DNA from: an uncultured Candidatus Saccharibacteria bacterium
GTDB taxonomy: Bacteria; Patescibacteriota; Saccharimonadia; Saccharimonadales; JALRHH01
Reading direction: 5' to 3'
DNA length: 64,000 nucleotides
NCBI GenBank assembly: GCA_964474995.1
Contig: CAYYUY010000004.1
Span: forward strand, 23,857 to 87,856
The translations under genes were made by a program, and so were the position numbers. Positions 54,488-63,670 of the stretch are shown one piece after another. Below the pieces are notes generated by a model that ran no database searches, was not told where the DNA came from, and saw nothing but the letters and a program-made list of their open reading frames with translations. How positions within the stretch are numbered: the stretch's first letter is position 1; the number at the start of each line of letters is the position of its first letter.

Positions 54488-55792
54488 ATGAGCAAAGAAA
54501 CATCACTCGAAGATATTGTTAGTCTGTGTAAGCGCCGCGGGTTTATTTACCAAGGTTCCGAAATCTACGGTGGCCTGAGTGGTACCTGGGACTACGGTCC
54601 ACTCGGCGTAACCCTCAAGCGCAACATTATGGCGCTCTGGTGGAAGATGTTTGTTGATGACCGAGACGATATGTACGGCGTCGACGCAGCGATCCTGATG
54701 AACCAAAAAGTCTGGCAGGCAAGTGGCCACGTGGATACGTTTACTGATCCACTGGTTGAATGTAGTCATTGTCATGGTCGTTTCCGTGCTGACAAGATTG
54801 ATACAAGTAAATGCCCGACGTGTGGCCAAAAAGGTACGTTTGGCGAAGCAAAACAATTCAACATGATGTTTAAGACCAACGTTGGTCCTGTTGCGGACGA
54901 TAACTCTATTAGCTATCTTCGTCCAGAAACCGCTCAGGGTATTTTTACGAACTTCAAGAATGTTGTTGATAGCTTTTACCCAGACCTACCATTTGGTATT
55001 GGTCAGCAGGGTAAGGCGTTTCGTAACGAAATTTCTCCACGTGACTTCATATTCCGTAGTCGTGAGTTTGAGCAGATGGAAGTTGAGTATTTCGTCCACC
55101 CAGATAAGTGGGAAGAAGCCTTCGAAGCCTGGCGCAAAGCTGTCTGGGCATGGTGCGAAGCACTTGGTCTGCCAGCAGATTCCGTGCATGAACTTGAAGT
55201 GCCAGAAAACGACCGCGCACACTACAGCAAACGAACAATCGACTTTGAATTTGATTTCCCAATTGGCCGTGAAGAGCTGCTTGGCTTGGCCTACCGCACC
55301 GACTTTGACCTTGGTAATATCCAGCGCGTATCTGGTAAGAGCCAGGAATACACCATCAAGGGTACAACCGAAAAATTTGTACCGCATGTTATCGAGCCAT
55401 CATTTGGCCTGGAGCGGGCAATTATGGCCGTACTATCAGCTGCGTACACGGTGGACGAAATTAACGGTGAAAAGCGTATTTACCTGAAGCTTCCAGAAAA
55501 TCTTGCCCCTGTAAAATACGCTGTATTACCACTGGCAAAGAACAAGCCAGAACTCGTAGCAAAAGCTCGTGAAGTGTATGCTGCGCTCAAGAAAAAACAC
55601 GGCGCAGTTATGTGGATCGATAGTGGTAACATCGGTAAAAATTATCGAAAAATGGATGAAATTGGTGTGCCATATTGTGTCACTGTGGACTTCGATACCC
55701 TTGAAGATGATGCAGTGACTATTCGTCACCGCGACACAACTGAACAAAAACGAGTTGGGATCAAGGAACTTCTTGACGATGTCAAAGCTTAG
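54488..55792 (+). CDS. glyQS: Glycyl-tRNA synthetase, alpha2 (GlyQS) type
   Basis: CKRRGFIYQGSEIYGGLSGTWDYGPLG, FRNEISPRDFIFRSREFEQME (motif 2) and a CxxC..CxxC insertion. Confidence 0.95.
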   Translation: MSKETSLEDIVSLCKRRGFIYQGSEIYGGLSGTWDYGPLGVTLKRNIMALWWKMFVDDRDDMYGVDAAILMNQKVWQASGHVDTFTDPLVECSHCHGRFRADKIDTSKCPTCGQKGTFGEAKQFNMMFKTNVGPVADDNSISYLRPETAQGIFTNFKNVVDSFYPDLPFGIGQQGKAFRNEISPRDFIFRSREFEQMEVEYFVHPDKWEEAFEAWRKAVWAWCEALGLPADSVHELEVPENDRAHYSKRTIDFEFDFPIGREELLGLAYRTDFDLGNIQRVSGKSQEYTIKGTTEKFVPHVIEPSFGLERAIMAVLSAAYTVDEINGEKRIYLKLPENLAPVKYAVLPLAKNKPELVAKAREVYAALKKKHGAVMWIDSGNIGKNYRKMDEIGVPYCVTVDFDTLEDDAVTIRHRDTTEQKRVGIKELLDDVKA

Positions 55793-56528
55793 CCTAACAG
55801 AAATTTCGGCCTATGCTTTTGATTTCGATGGTACGTTGGCCGACACTGTGCCAACACACACTGAAGCGCGAAAAGCTGCTTTTGAGCAAATGGCAGAGGA
55901 AACCGGCAATAGAGGCTTTGTAACTATTTCGCCAGAAATTCAGAAAGAAGCACATCGTCACGGCTCAAACCCAACAGCTATCATCGGGTGGGCTTTAGAG
56001 GCAAGTGGTATTGTGCCTAATGTCGCCGACCCACTCGTAAAGCGCACCGTTGATACAAAGCGTGAAATGTATGAAAAGCTTTGTAAAGATGGACTGGAGC
56101 AAATGCCAGGTGCTGTTGAACTGGCACGTTTTTTGCTTCAGCGTTCACCTGGCAGAGTGGCTATTACGACCACTGCCTATCGTGATGCTGAGGTCGTACC
56201 ATTCTTGAACCGCTATAACTTGCGTAACGAAATTACCGATGAAAAACTTATAACTTATGAGGATGTTGGCGATGACCACTTAAAGCCTGATCCGCGCGCT
56301 TACCAGATAACCATTGCGCGATTTGGACTCACAGATTCACCTGAAAAATTAGTGGCATTTGAAGATACCCCTGGCGGTGTAGCGTCGGCAAAAGCAGCAG
56401 GTGCGACGGCGATAGCATTACTCACGACTCATAGTGAAGCGGACTTTGCAGGCGTACACATTGGCAGTCAGGCTGATCTTATTGTGCCTAACTTCCAGTC
56501 ACTGATTGATATGTTCAAATCAGTATGA
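55779..56528 (+). CDS. HAD-superfamily hydrolase (beta-phosphoglucomutase-like subfamily)
   Basis: FDFDGTLADT (motif I), TTT (motif II), K..PDP and FEDTPGGVASAKAAG (motif IV). The ATG at 55779 overlaps the glyQS end by 14 nt. Confidence 0.75.
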   Translation: MSKLSLTEISAYAFDFDGTLADTVPTHTEARKAAFEQMAEETGNRGFVTISPEIQKEAHRHGSNPTAIIGWALEASGIVPNVADPLVKRTVDTKREMYEKLCKDGLEQMPGAVELARFLLQRSPGRVAITTTAYRDAEVVPFLNRYNLRNEITDEKLITYEDVGDDHLKPDPRAYQITIARFGLTDSPEKLVAFEDTPGGVASAKAAGATAIALLTTHSEADFAGVHIGSQADLIVPNFQSLIDMFKSV

Positions 56529-57052
56529 CGACCATTATCTTTGAGCCGCATGGACTGACACAGGACAATGAAGACGGCATCGCTTCGGGTTGGAATGATG
56601 CTCCACTGTGCGAAGAGGGTGAATTGCAGGCTCAGGAGCTTGGCAAACGGCGCAAGAATGAACAATTTGATGCGATATTTTGCTCAGATCTTGAGCGCTC
56701 ATACCGAACGGCAGAGATCGCCTTCGGTAATAAGTTTATTCTGACGCAGGATGCTCGATTACGTGAATGTAACTATGGCGATTGGAATGGTGATGAAACC
56801 GAGCGTATTGAAGAGGCCACGTTAAACAGAATTGATACGCCATATCCACATGGTGAAAGCTGGCAGTGGGCCGTTACTCGGGTGATTGAATGCCTTAAAG
56901 ATATTCAGCAAGAATACGAAGGCCAAAAAGTATTAATTATCGGTCACCGGGCGACACAGTACGGCATAGAAAACTACGCAAATGGTACGCCGATACGCGA
57001 TATCATGCAGGTTTCATGGCGATACCAAGGCGGCTGGGAATACAAACTGTAG
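56525..57052 (+). CDS. Histidine phosphatase (PGM-like) family protein with atypical PHG in place of RHG
   Basis: IIFEPHGLTQDN, SDLERSYRTAEI and IIGHRATQ. ATGA overlap with the HAD gene. Confidence 0.65.
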   Translation: MTTIIFEPHGLTQDNEDGIASGWNDAPLCEEGELQAQELGKRRKNEQFDAIFCSDLERSYRTAEIAFGNKFILTQDARLRECNYGDWNGDETERIEEATLNRIDTPYPHGESWQWAVTRVIECLKDIQQEYEGQKVLIIGHRATQYGIENYANGTPIRDIMQVSWRYQGGWEYKL

Positions 57053-57104
57053 ACGCGAGAGTTTGAATTAGAAGAGTAGTTGGAGGATACTATTCTTAAG
57101 CATT

Positions 57105-57860
57105 ATGAAAACAAACGGCTTGAAACCAGTTATTGGAATAACACTCAGCCACGACAAAAGTGGACTCGTTCGAGCAGGCGTAGACTACAATCTTATACGC
57201 CGAGAATATGGCGAGCAATTGAAAGCAGCTGGTGCTTCACCGATATTCCTCGATAGTACGATTGATCCAGAAATTGCGGCAGAACTGTGTGATGGTATTG
57301 TGATTAGCGGTGGTGAAGACATCGATCCATCCTTCTATGGTCAAAAACCCGTGTATGTTCAAATTACCGAGCCTTCTGAGCGAACCTTATGGGAGCGGTC
57401 ACTTATTCGTGCCTGTGACCAGCGTGACGTGAAAATTTTGGGCATTTGCTATGGCGCCCAACTTTTGAATGTGCACTATGGTGGAACGTTATATCAGGAT
57501 ATTGCCGCGGAAACGAGCAGCAAATTGGACCACGGTACGAGCGGTAGTGCGGCCACACATAATGTCACCTTCAGAGAAGGCTTTCTTGGGTTTAAAGATA
57601 CAGACGTCGTTGCATCTGCCTCGCGACACCACCAATCGGTCAAGGATATTGCCCCAGGTTTTAGTGTGGCTGCGGTCGCGGATGATGGAGTAGTGGAAGC
57701 AATCAGTGGCAACGGGCATTACGGCGTGCAGTGGCACTCCGAATCAGATGGTACCGCAGATAAGATCTACGGATCATTTGTGGATGCCGTCAAGAATCAT
57801 ATTAATGAGATGAGTGATGAATACGATTTCCAGCCGCAACTTCTCCCAAATCTTATATAA
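57105..57860 (+). CDS. Class I glutamine amidotransferase-like, gamma-glutamyl hydrolase (peptidase C26/PuuD-like)
   Basis: ILGICYGAQLLNVHYGG (nucleophile Cys) and GVQWHSE (His/Glu). Confidence 0.75.
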   Translation: MKTNGLKPVIGITLSHDKSGLVRAGVDYNLIRREYGEQLKAAGASPIFLDSTIDPEIAAELCDGIVISGGEDIDPSFYGQKPVYVQITEPSERTLWERSLIRACDQRDVKILGICYGAQLLNVHYGGTLYQDIAAETSSKLDHGTSGSAATHNVTFREGFLGFKDTDVVASASRHHQSVKDIAPGFSVAAVADDGVVEAISGNGHYGVQWHSESDGTADKIYGSFVDAVKNHINEMSDEYDFQPQLLPNLI

Positions 57861-58493
57861 TTAGCTGTTTTTGGAAGCGTCTATGACACTGAGGAGAGAA
57901 ACGGCGGCAATCGTCAGGCGATGATCGACTGGCGTTTGGGCCATTGAGGTATCAAGTAGCATCTTTACGATAACCGGGTTTTTCCGGTGAAGAATTGTAC
58001 CAACAACTACCTGATTGCCAGAAGGATCGCTAACTGTAATGTTGTACGTCTGTGGCACGAATGAAAAGATGAGCCCGATGATGTCACCGAACGGAAGAAT
58101 TTCCAGCCAGCGACGAGCCAGCGCGAGCTTGCCACTTGTTTCTTGAATGACGCCAAATATATTACCATTGGTGTCCTGAAGATCCCAGTGGTCACGAACG
58201 AACGTAGACTTTAGCCCTTTGCGACGAAGTGAAAAGATTGGCTGCGTAGTCGCACTATCAAGTACGTCATATGTGGCACCAAAATCAATGACACTGCGTG
58301 CGTGAATAGCCAAGACTTCTTGTTGCTGTGAACGGTCGGTATAGAGACGAATGTCTTCTTTAAGCTTCCAAGCCTTCATTTGGATGATACCAATTTCTTG
58401 GGTTGAGGCAGCATCGGTGATGACAATTTCGGCGCCAAAAAACTTCCAAAACTTACGACGGAATTCAATCTGCTTATACTGTGTGTAGTCCAT
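57861..58493 (-). CDS. Tubby-C-like fold protein (LURP-one/scramblase-like family), tentative
   Basis: It has a repetitive beta-rich pattern: RRKFWKFFGAEIVITD..IGIIQMKAWKL..DIRLY, and DHWDLQDTNGNIFGVIQE. This is reminiscent of the YxjI/LOR family, recognised from memory only. Confidence 0.3.
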   Translation of the reverse strand: MDYTQYKQIEFRRKFWKFFGAEIVITDAASTQEIGIIQMKAWKLKEDIRLYTDRSQQQEVLAIHARSVIDFGATYDVLDSATTQPIFSLRRKGLKSTFVRDHWDLQDTNGNIFGVIQETSGKLALARRWLEILPFGDIIGLIFSFVPQTYNITVSDPSGNQVVVGTILHRKNPVIVKMLLDTSMAQTPVDHRLTIAAVSLLSVIDASKNS

Positions 58494-58563
58494 GGTGCTC
58501 CTTATTTGAGACCATTGTACAGGTATACCGTCATAACTGATATACGAGAAGGGATGCGTTTAT

Positions 58564-58788
58564 TTAGTTTCTGGTCTTGAGTTTTTCTTGCGCAAGTGAA
58601 GCAAGGTCGGTTACGTCTAATTTGCCATCACGATTTGTGTCAAATTCATCTGTTGCGATGTTTTTGACGTCGTTGGCATCAATTTTGCCATCTTTGAGCG
58701 CATCCATGATGTCGATGCCGCCAACATTGGATTTCTTACTTTTCTTAGAACTGCTTAACATCCCGAGCAACGAATTGAGTAATCCCAT
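58564..58788 (-). CDS. Small EF-hand-pair protein (74 aa)
   Basis: Canonical 12-residue loop DTNRDGKLDVTD, plus a second, less canonical loop DALKDGKIDAND. Confidence 0.55.
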   Translation of the reverse strand: MGLLNSLLGMLSSSKKSKKSNVGGIDIMDALKDGKIDANDVKNIATDEFDTNRDGKLDVTDLASLAQEKLKTRN

Positions 58789-58908
58789 AAAAAAGTCCCC
58801 ATATTACTATAATTTTCAGTATACGCTCATAAACCAGCAACCCTATAGCCTCACTCGTACTTTTGACAATGTACAAATACGTTTCGTAGGAGTACTATCG
58901 ACGTAACT

Positions 58909-59541
58909 ATGAGTGAACGTGGCGCAGAACACTACCAACCATCGATTGACAGTGAGATATACAGTATTGAGTCTGCACGTGATCCACACGGTGGTACAGA
59001 AGTATTGACAGAATATATTGATGAGGTTGTCTACGGTAGTAGGGAGCGAAGGCCAAGAGGCAACAGGTTTTTGATTGGTCAACAAGGTTTTGAATGTCAC
59101 TTTGAGTATACGATTTCATCTGATGAGATATATGTTGCGGAATTGCCAGCAGATGCATACAAACTTGCAGTATTCCATGAACGAACCAATGATGTACGCT
59201 CGGCAATAGAAGAGCGTTATGAGGTTCGTATTGAAGAGGTCTTCGCGTTGACGCGTAACGGTAGTGCGGTAACGTCGATATACACCATTGAGAAAATTCG
59301 TGGAGAAGATAGCTTTCGTACTTGGTATGAACTACTAGGAGTCAAAGATGTTGATGCCGAGATGAGCAAAAATACTACACTTGCTCGCTCATTTGGATCA
59401 ATTGTCGACGGTCAACTTGATGCTCGTGAAATGTGTGGATACGATATCAACGTACTCTTTGACTTCATGGGACATATCAATCAAGCGCAGGTCGCAGAGT
59501 CCAGGGAGATTGCACTCGAAAAAGCCGCTGATATGGCATAA
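58909..59541 (+). CDS. Hypothetical protein
   Basis: 210-aa ORF. No motif recognised. Confidence 0.45.
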   Translation: MSERGAEHYQPSIDSEIYSIESARDPHGGTEVLTEYIDEVVYGSRERRPRGNRFLIGQQGFECHFEYTISSDEIYVAELPADAYKLAVFHERTNDVRSAIEERYEVRIEEVFALTRNGSAVTSIYTIEKIRGEDSFRTWYELLGVKDVDAEMSKNTTLARSFGSIVDGQLDAREMCGYDINVLFDFMGHINQAQVAESREIALEKAADMA

Positions 59542-59617
59542 ACAGTATCGTGAGTACCGTTAGAGCGTCGCGAGATGCTATGATTGATCGGTAGATTTTT
59601 AGCAAAAGGAAACAAAG

Positions 59618-60031
59618 ATGATTACGTATTACACCGATGGTAGCGCAAGCCCAAACCCAGGTCCGGGTGGATTTGCTGTTATTCGCGAGATGAAGCCAGC
59701 TGTCCTTGGCAGTGAAAAAGAAACGACCAACATTCGCATGGAGGGTTTGGCTATCATCGCTGCACTCAAAGATGCAGACGGCAAAGCATGTCAGATTTAT
59801 ACTGACAGTGAATTTTGGATTAATGTGATCACCAAATGGTCAATTGCCTGGGAGGCCAAAGGCTGGAAGAAGAGTGGTGGCGAGATCAAAAACCTTGATA
59901 TCGTCAAAGAAGTCTGCCCACTATATCGTACTTCAAAAGCTGAACTTATTTGGGTTCGTGGACACGTTGGTGATCCTGGTAATGAATTGGCGGATGAGTG
60001 GGCTAACAAAGCCCGTCAACAACGCGCTTAG
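59618..60031 (+). CDS. rnhA: Ribonuclease HI
   Basis: YTDGS (Asp), NIRMEGLA (Glu), IYTDSEF (Asp), WVRGHVG and GNELADEWA (Asp). Confidence 0.9.
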   Translation: MITYYTDGSASPNPGPGGFAVIREMKPAVLGSEKETTNIRMEGLAIIAALKDADGKACQIYTDSEFWINVITKWSIAWEAKGWKKSGGEIKNLDIVKEVCPLYRTSKAELIWVRGHVGDPGNELADEWANKARQQRA

Positions 60032-60104
60032 CTTGCGGATAGGACTATACTAGTAGTACAAACCAAAACTCTTTTTACTATCTAATATTAGAAAGGGAAC
60101 TACT

Positions 60105-60476
60105 ATGTTAAACCAAGGAACAGTGTCGGCAACAATAGCCGTCAAAGATATTGCAGCCGGCAAACAATTCTACGGAGGTACACTCGGGCTCGAACAAATA
60201 GATGAAAACCCAAGTGGTGTGATGTACAAAAGTGGCATCGGGCAGTTATTCGTATATCAATCTGTGACTGCTGGCACCAGTCAAGCAACTTCGGCATCAT
60301 GGCGTGTTTCGGATATCGAGGTAGCCATGGCCGACCTTGCTGCCAAAGGAGTGGTATTTGAGCATTACGACATTCCTAATGCAACCCTGGAAGGTGATAT
60401 CTACGTTATGGGTCCTATGAAATCGGCCTGGTTCAAAGATCCAGACGGTAACATCCTGAACCTCACCAGCATGTAG
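60105..60476 (+). CDS. VOC/glyoxalase-bleomycin-resistance family protein
   Basis: IAVKDIAAGKQFYGGTLGLE and WFKDPDGNILNL. Confidence 0.75.
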   Translation: MLNQGTVSATIAVKDIAAGKQFYGGTLGLEQIDENPSGVMYKSGIGQLFVYQSVTAGTSQATSASWRVSDIEVAMADLAAKGVVFEHYDIPNATLEGDIYVMGPMKSAWFKDPDGNILNLTSM

Positions 60477-60594
60477 CCGTTCATGCGTATTCGTATTTTG
60501 GAGTATCATACCGTAGGTAATAGCAGTGGCGATTTTTTTACACCATTATTTCGCGTCTGGGTAGGGTAGAATAACCGGAGCGTTATAACAATAT

Positions 60595-60623
60595 GTCACA
60601 CGCAGTTTGCCTGCGTGACTTTT
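60595..60623 (+). terminator. Terminator-like hairpin inside the 5' end of ORF-track ORF 60615
   Basis: GTCACaCGCAG (60595-60605) / CTGCGTGAC (60611-60619), followed by TTTT. This argues for the ATG at 60645 as the true start of the next gene. Confidence 0.35.
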
Positions 60624-60644
60624 AATTCAGGAATAACATACAAC

Positions 60645-61655
60645 ATGGAAGATATCACTGCACCGGCAAGTATTCAGGACCAAGACGAAGATTATCAAGA
60701 AACGGATATCTTCCTCTGGGTAAATAACCTCGTACAGATCAAAGAAGAGCTGAGTATCGAATTATTCTTGTTCAACAAAAACTACGTGGTGTACCGTGCC
60801 AGCCGCAACAAAGACCTTGAGCGTGAACTCCACGAGCTATTGATTGACCCTATTCTTGTCAAAGTACTCGATGGTGCAGATGCTGGGATGGTCGTTCGTG
60901 GTTTTGAGGATGCCGCCAAAGAAGACAACGTGCTGCAACGAACACAGGTCAAAAAAGTTGAGAAGCTCAAAGAGACCTTGAACTGGCTAACCTTCCAAGA
61001 AAACGAAATAGAACCATTCATTGAGGAGGAGCATGATTTCAAGCGTATCAAAGGTGTCATCGCTCGTATTTCGCACAAGTCACAAGAGAAGCCGTTCTAC
61101 ATTGTGAAGTCTTTGCCGCAAGCCAATATTATGAAGGGTGTTTCTGGTTGGTTGCTTCGAAACGGTCGCTTTGTGCAGTTTGATGCCGAAGGTGCCGTCC
61201 GTGTGCCGAGTGACAATCAACTCCTGATTATCGACAAAGACCTCTTTGTGTTTAATGAGTCAAAGCTCGAGCAGTTGTTTGGCTACAATGCCAAAAAGAA
61301 CAGCATTGCCGAGCAAAAAGTCACTGAAATTGAAGCTAACTTCAAGCTGAGCTTTGCTGATGGCCAGACACTCAACAGTCTCATCAAAGACAAGCGCCCA
61401 CTCATCAACAAACTTCAGAAAATCGAACCAGCTAGCGTTAAGCAAGAAGATTTACTTGATCATGCTGAAGAAGTTGGCGTGGAAATGATGACTGATAACG
61501 ACGGGGCGATTATTATTATCGATGCTAAAGATCTGACTAAGTTCGTCAATCTCCTCAATGATGACTACATGGAGTCGCCGATGACCGGCAAACGCTACGA
61601 AATTCGCAGCAAAAAACCGCTCAAACTCACTGAAGACGATTCGGCCGAAGTCTAG
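60645..61655 (+). CDS. Hypothetical protein, possibly DUF4868 (KwaB-like) family
   Basis: 336 aa. The C-terminal half (LLIIDKDLFVFNESKLEQLFGY..LNDDYMESPMTGKRYEIRSK) reminds me of DUF4868 proteins. This is a memory-level resemblance only. Confidence 0.25.
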   Translation: MEDITAPASIQDQDEDYQETDIFLWVNNLVQIKEELSIELFLFNKNYVVYRASRNKDLERELHELLIDPILVKVLDGADAGMVVRGFEDAAKEDNVLQRTQVKKVEKLKETLNWLTFQENEIEPFIEEEHDFKRIKGVIARISHKSQEKPFYIVKSLPQANIMKGVSGWLLRNGRFVQFDAEGAVRVPSDNQLLIIDKDLFVFNESKLEQLFGYNAKKNSIAEQKVTEIEANFKLSFADGQTLNSLIKDKRPLINKLQKIEPASVKQEDLLDHAEEVGVEMMTDNDGAIIIIDAKDLTKFVNLLNDDYMESPMTGKRYEIRSKKPLKLTEDDSAEV

Positions 61656-61716
61656 GCCTCGCTTGCATATTTGCCAATCTTGGTAAAGAATAGACTGCAA
61701 GTAACGAGAGCAATGT

Positions 61717-62250
61717 ATGCGCGATTATCGAGTGGTGGGCGATGTAGTTCCATTTGGTGAAGCATATGTCGGCGCCGAAGAGGTGATGCCTATTCGGGAG
61801 CTTGCTGAGATAGATTTGTTCTTGTGCGCACGTGTAGCTCGAATTGATGCAGGTGAAACGGTGGACAGGGCAAAATTCACGTTGCTGTATCAGACTCACG
61901 ATGCAGACTTTGATGGTACGAGCCAACATTTGTCTGTTGCAACTTCGCAGGAGCGCGAGCTCAATATGTGGCATCTTTTGATAAGCATGCGTCGCTATCG
62001 TATGAGTGATCGTCACTCAAATAAATTTACACACTATCGATTCGATGGTCTTGGTGAAGATGTATTGCAGGCTAAGAAGCAGGTATATGTGCTACGGGGC
62101 CGAAGCGAGATTGTGATCGACCCACTTGAGGGTCCTCAAGAAGTTATATCAAATCGCCGACTAATGTTCGAGAAAGCGCTCCAGCCAGATGACTGTACGC
62201 AGCTTCTTGGACTATTATCACGTGGAATCCGACGAGCAAAAGCAGCCTAG
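61717..62250 (+). CDS. Hypothetical soluble protein
   Basis: 177-aa ORF, 61 nt after the previous gene. No motif recognised. Confidence 0.4.
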   Translation: MRDYRVVGDVVPFGEAYVGAEEVMPIRELAEIDLFLCARVARIDAGETVDRAKFTLLYQTHDADFDGTSQHLSVATSQERELNMWHLLISMRRYRMSDRHSNKFTHYRFDGLGEDVLQAKKQVYVLRGRSEIVIDPLEGPQEVISNRRLMFEKALQPDDCTQLLGLLSRGIRRAKAA

Positions 62251-62287
62251 GTGTCTGTTTGGCGTAAGTAGTGTAGAGTAGTAAGCA

Positions 62288-63589
62288 ATGGCTGATAAAT
62301 CTCTCTTTCCAAAAAACTTCTTCTGGGGTGGTAGTACTGCGGCGCACCAAGTAGAAGGTGGCCAAGAAAATGACTGGTCTGCATGGGAACTCGCGAATGC
62401 AAAGGAGTTGGCCCAAACCGCTCACCAGCGTTTGAACTGGTTGCCGTCTTGGAACCGTATCAAAGACCAAGCCGAAAATCCAGACAACTACGTCTCTGGT
62501 AAAGGTGTTGAACACTACAAACACTACCGGCAAGATTTTGATCTTGCTAAACAATTGAATCTCAACTCACTGCGTTTTGGGATTGAGTGGTCCCGTCTTG
62601 AACCAGAAGAGGGCAAGTGGGATGAAGAAGCAATTGTGCATTATCGTCAGTACATCAAAGAACTACGAGCCCGCCACATTGAGCCATTTCTCAATATTTG
62701 GCATTGGACCATGCCAACGTGGTTTGCCGATAAGGGAGGCTTCAAGAAGCGCTCAAACCTCGTGTATTTTGACCGCTTTGTTCAGAAGGTGGCCGAAGAG
62801 TTCACCGATGATGTCACCTATATCATTACGCTCAACGAGCCAAACGTCTATGCCAGCTTTAGCTTCCTGACAGGTGAGTGGTTGCCACAAGAAAAAAGTA
62901 TGGTTTCGTTTGTGAAAGTATATTGGAACTTAACGCGGGCACACCGCCGTGCATACCAGATACTCAAAACCCATAAGTCGAGTTTATTCGTTGGTGTTGC
63001 TGCGCAGCTGGCAAACATCCAGGCCAAGCACCCACATAGCATTTTTGATAGTACCTCAACTAAATGGATGCGTTATTTCTGGAACTGGTGGTTTTTGCGA
63101 CGTATTCGTCGACATCAAGATTTTGTCGGTGTTAATTACTATTTTACCGATTACTTTACCGGCATGCTCAAGCGTCAAAATCCAAAAGTGCCACTTAATG
63201 ATCTTGGTTGGTACATGGAACCAGAGGGTTTGTATCCGTTGTTACTTCGTACCTGGTCTCGTTTCAAGAAGCCAATCTTTGTGACCGAAAACGGTCTGGC
63301 TGATGAACGTGATGAACATCGCCGCTGGTGGATCGAAGAAACTATTGTAGCTATGGAAAAAGCCCTAAGCGAAGGCGTTGATCTCCGTGGCTACTTCCAC
63401 TGGAGTCTGCTCGATAACTTTGAATGGAAATATGGTTGGTGGCCAGCTTTTGGTCTCATCGAAGTCGATCGTGCAAACGGCATGAAGCGAACTGTTCGAC
63501 CAAGCGCTGAATGGTTCGCTGCCAGATTACTCGAACTACAGCGTGGTGAGTTTTTTGATGAAGCCTACGAAGAGGGCACAACTACCTGA
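62288..63589 (+). CDS. Glycoside hydrolase family 1 beta-glucosidase
   Basis: FFWGGSTAAHQVEG, TLNEPNV (acid/base Glu), VTENGLAD (nucleophile Glu) and WSLLDNFEW. Confidence 0.9.
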   Translation: MADKSLFPKNFFWGGSTAAHQVEGGQENDWSAWELANAKELAQTAHQRLNWLPSWNRIKDQAENPDNYVSGKGVEHYKHYRQDFDLAKQLNLNSLRFGIEWSRLEPEEGKWDEEAIVHYRQYIKELRARHIEPFLNIWHWTMPTWFADKGGFKKRSNLVYFDRFVQKVAEEFTDDVTYIITLNEPNVYASFSFLTGEWLPQEKSMVSFVKVYWNLTRAHRRAYQILKTHKSSLFVGVAAQLANIQAKHPHSIFDSTSTKWMRYFWNWWFLRRIRRHQDFVGVNYYFTDYFTGMLKRQNPKVPLNDLGWYMEPEGLYPLLLRTWSRFKKPIFVTENGLADERDEHRRWWIEETIVAMEKALSEGVDLRGYFHWSLLDNFEWKYGWWPAFGLIEVDRANGMKRTVRPSAEWFAARLLELQRGEFFDEAYEEGTTT

Positions 63590-63670
63590 TATATACCATT
63601 CCTGGTATCAACAGCTCATGTCAGATAACTCATTTTGCCAAGCAGCGGTGATTTGCTAGTATTGCCTGGT

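Noticed and set aside
54882-55487. 201-aa alternative-frame ORF inside glyQS
   Set aside because: It lies on the same strand but out of frame within a highly conserved aaRS gene, and no independent signals support it.
60615-60644. GTG start at 60615 for the DUF4868-like gene
   Set aside because: That start lies inside a terminator-like hairpin/T-run (60595-60623). The ATG at 60645 is more plausible.
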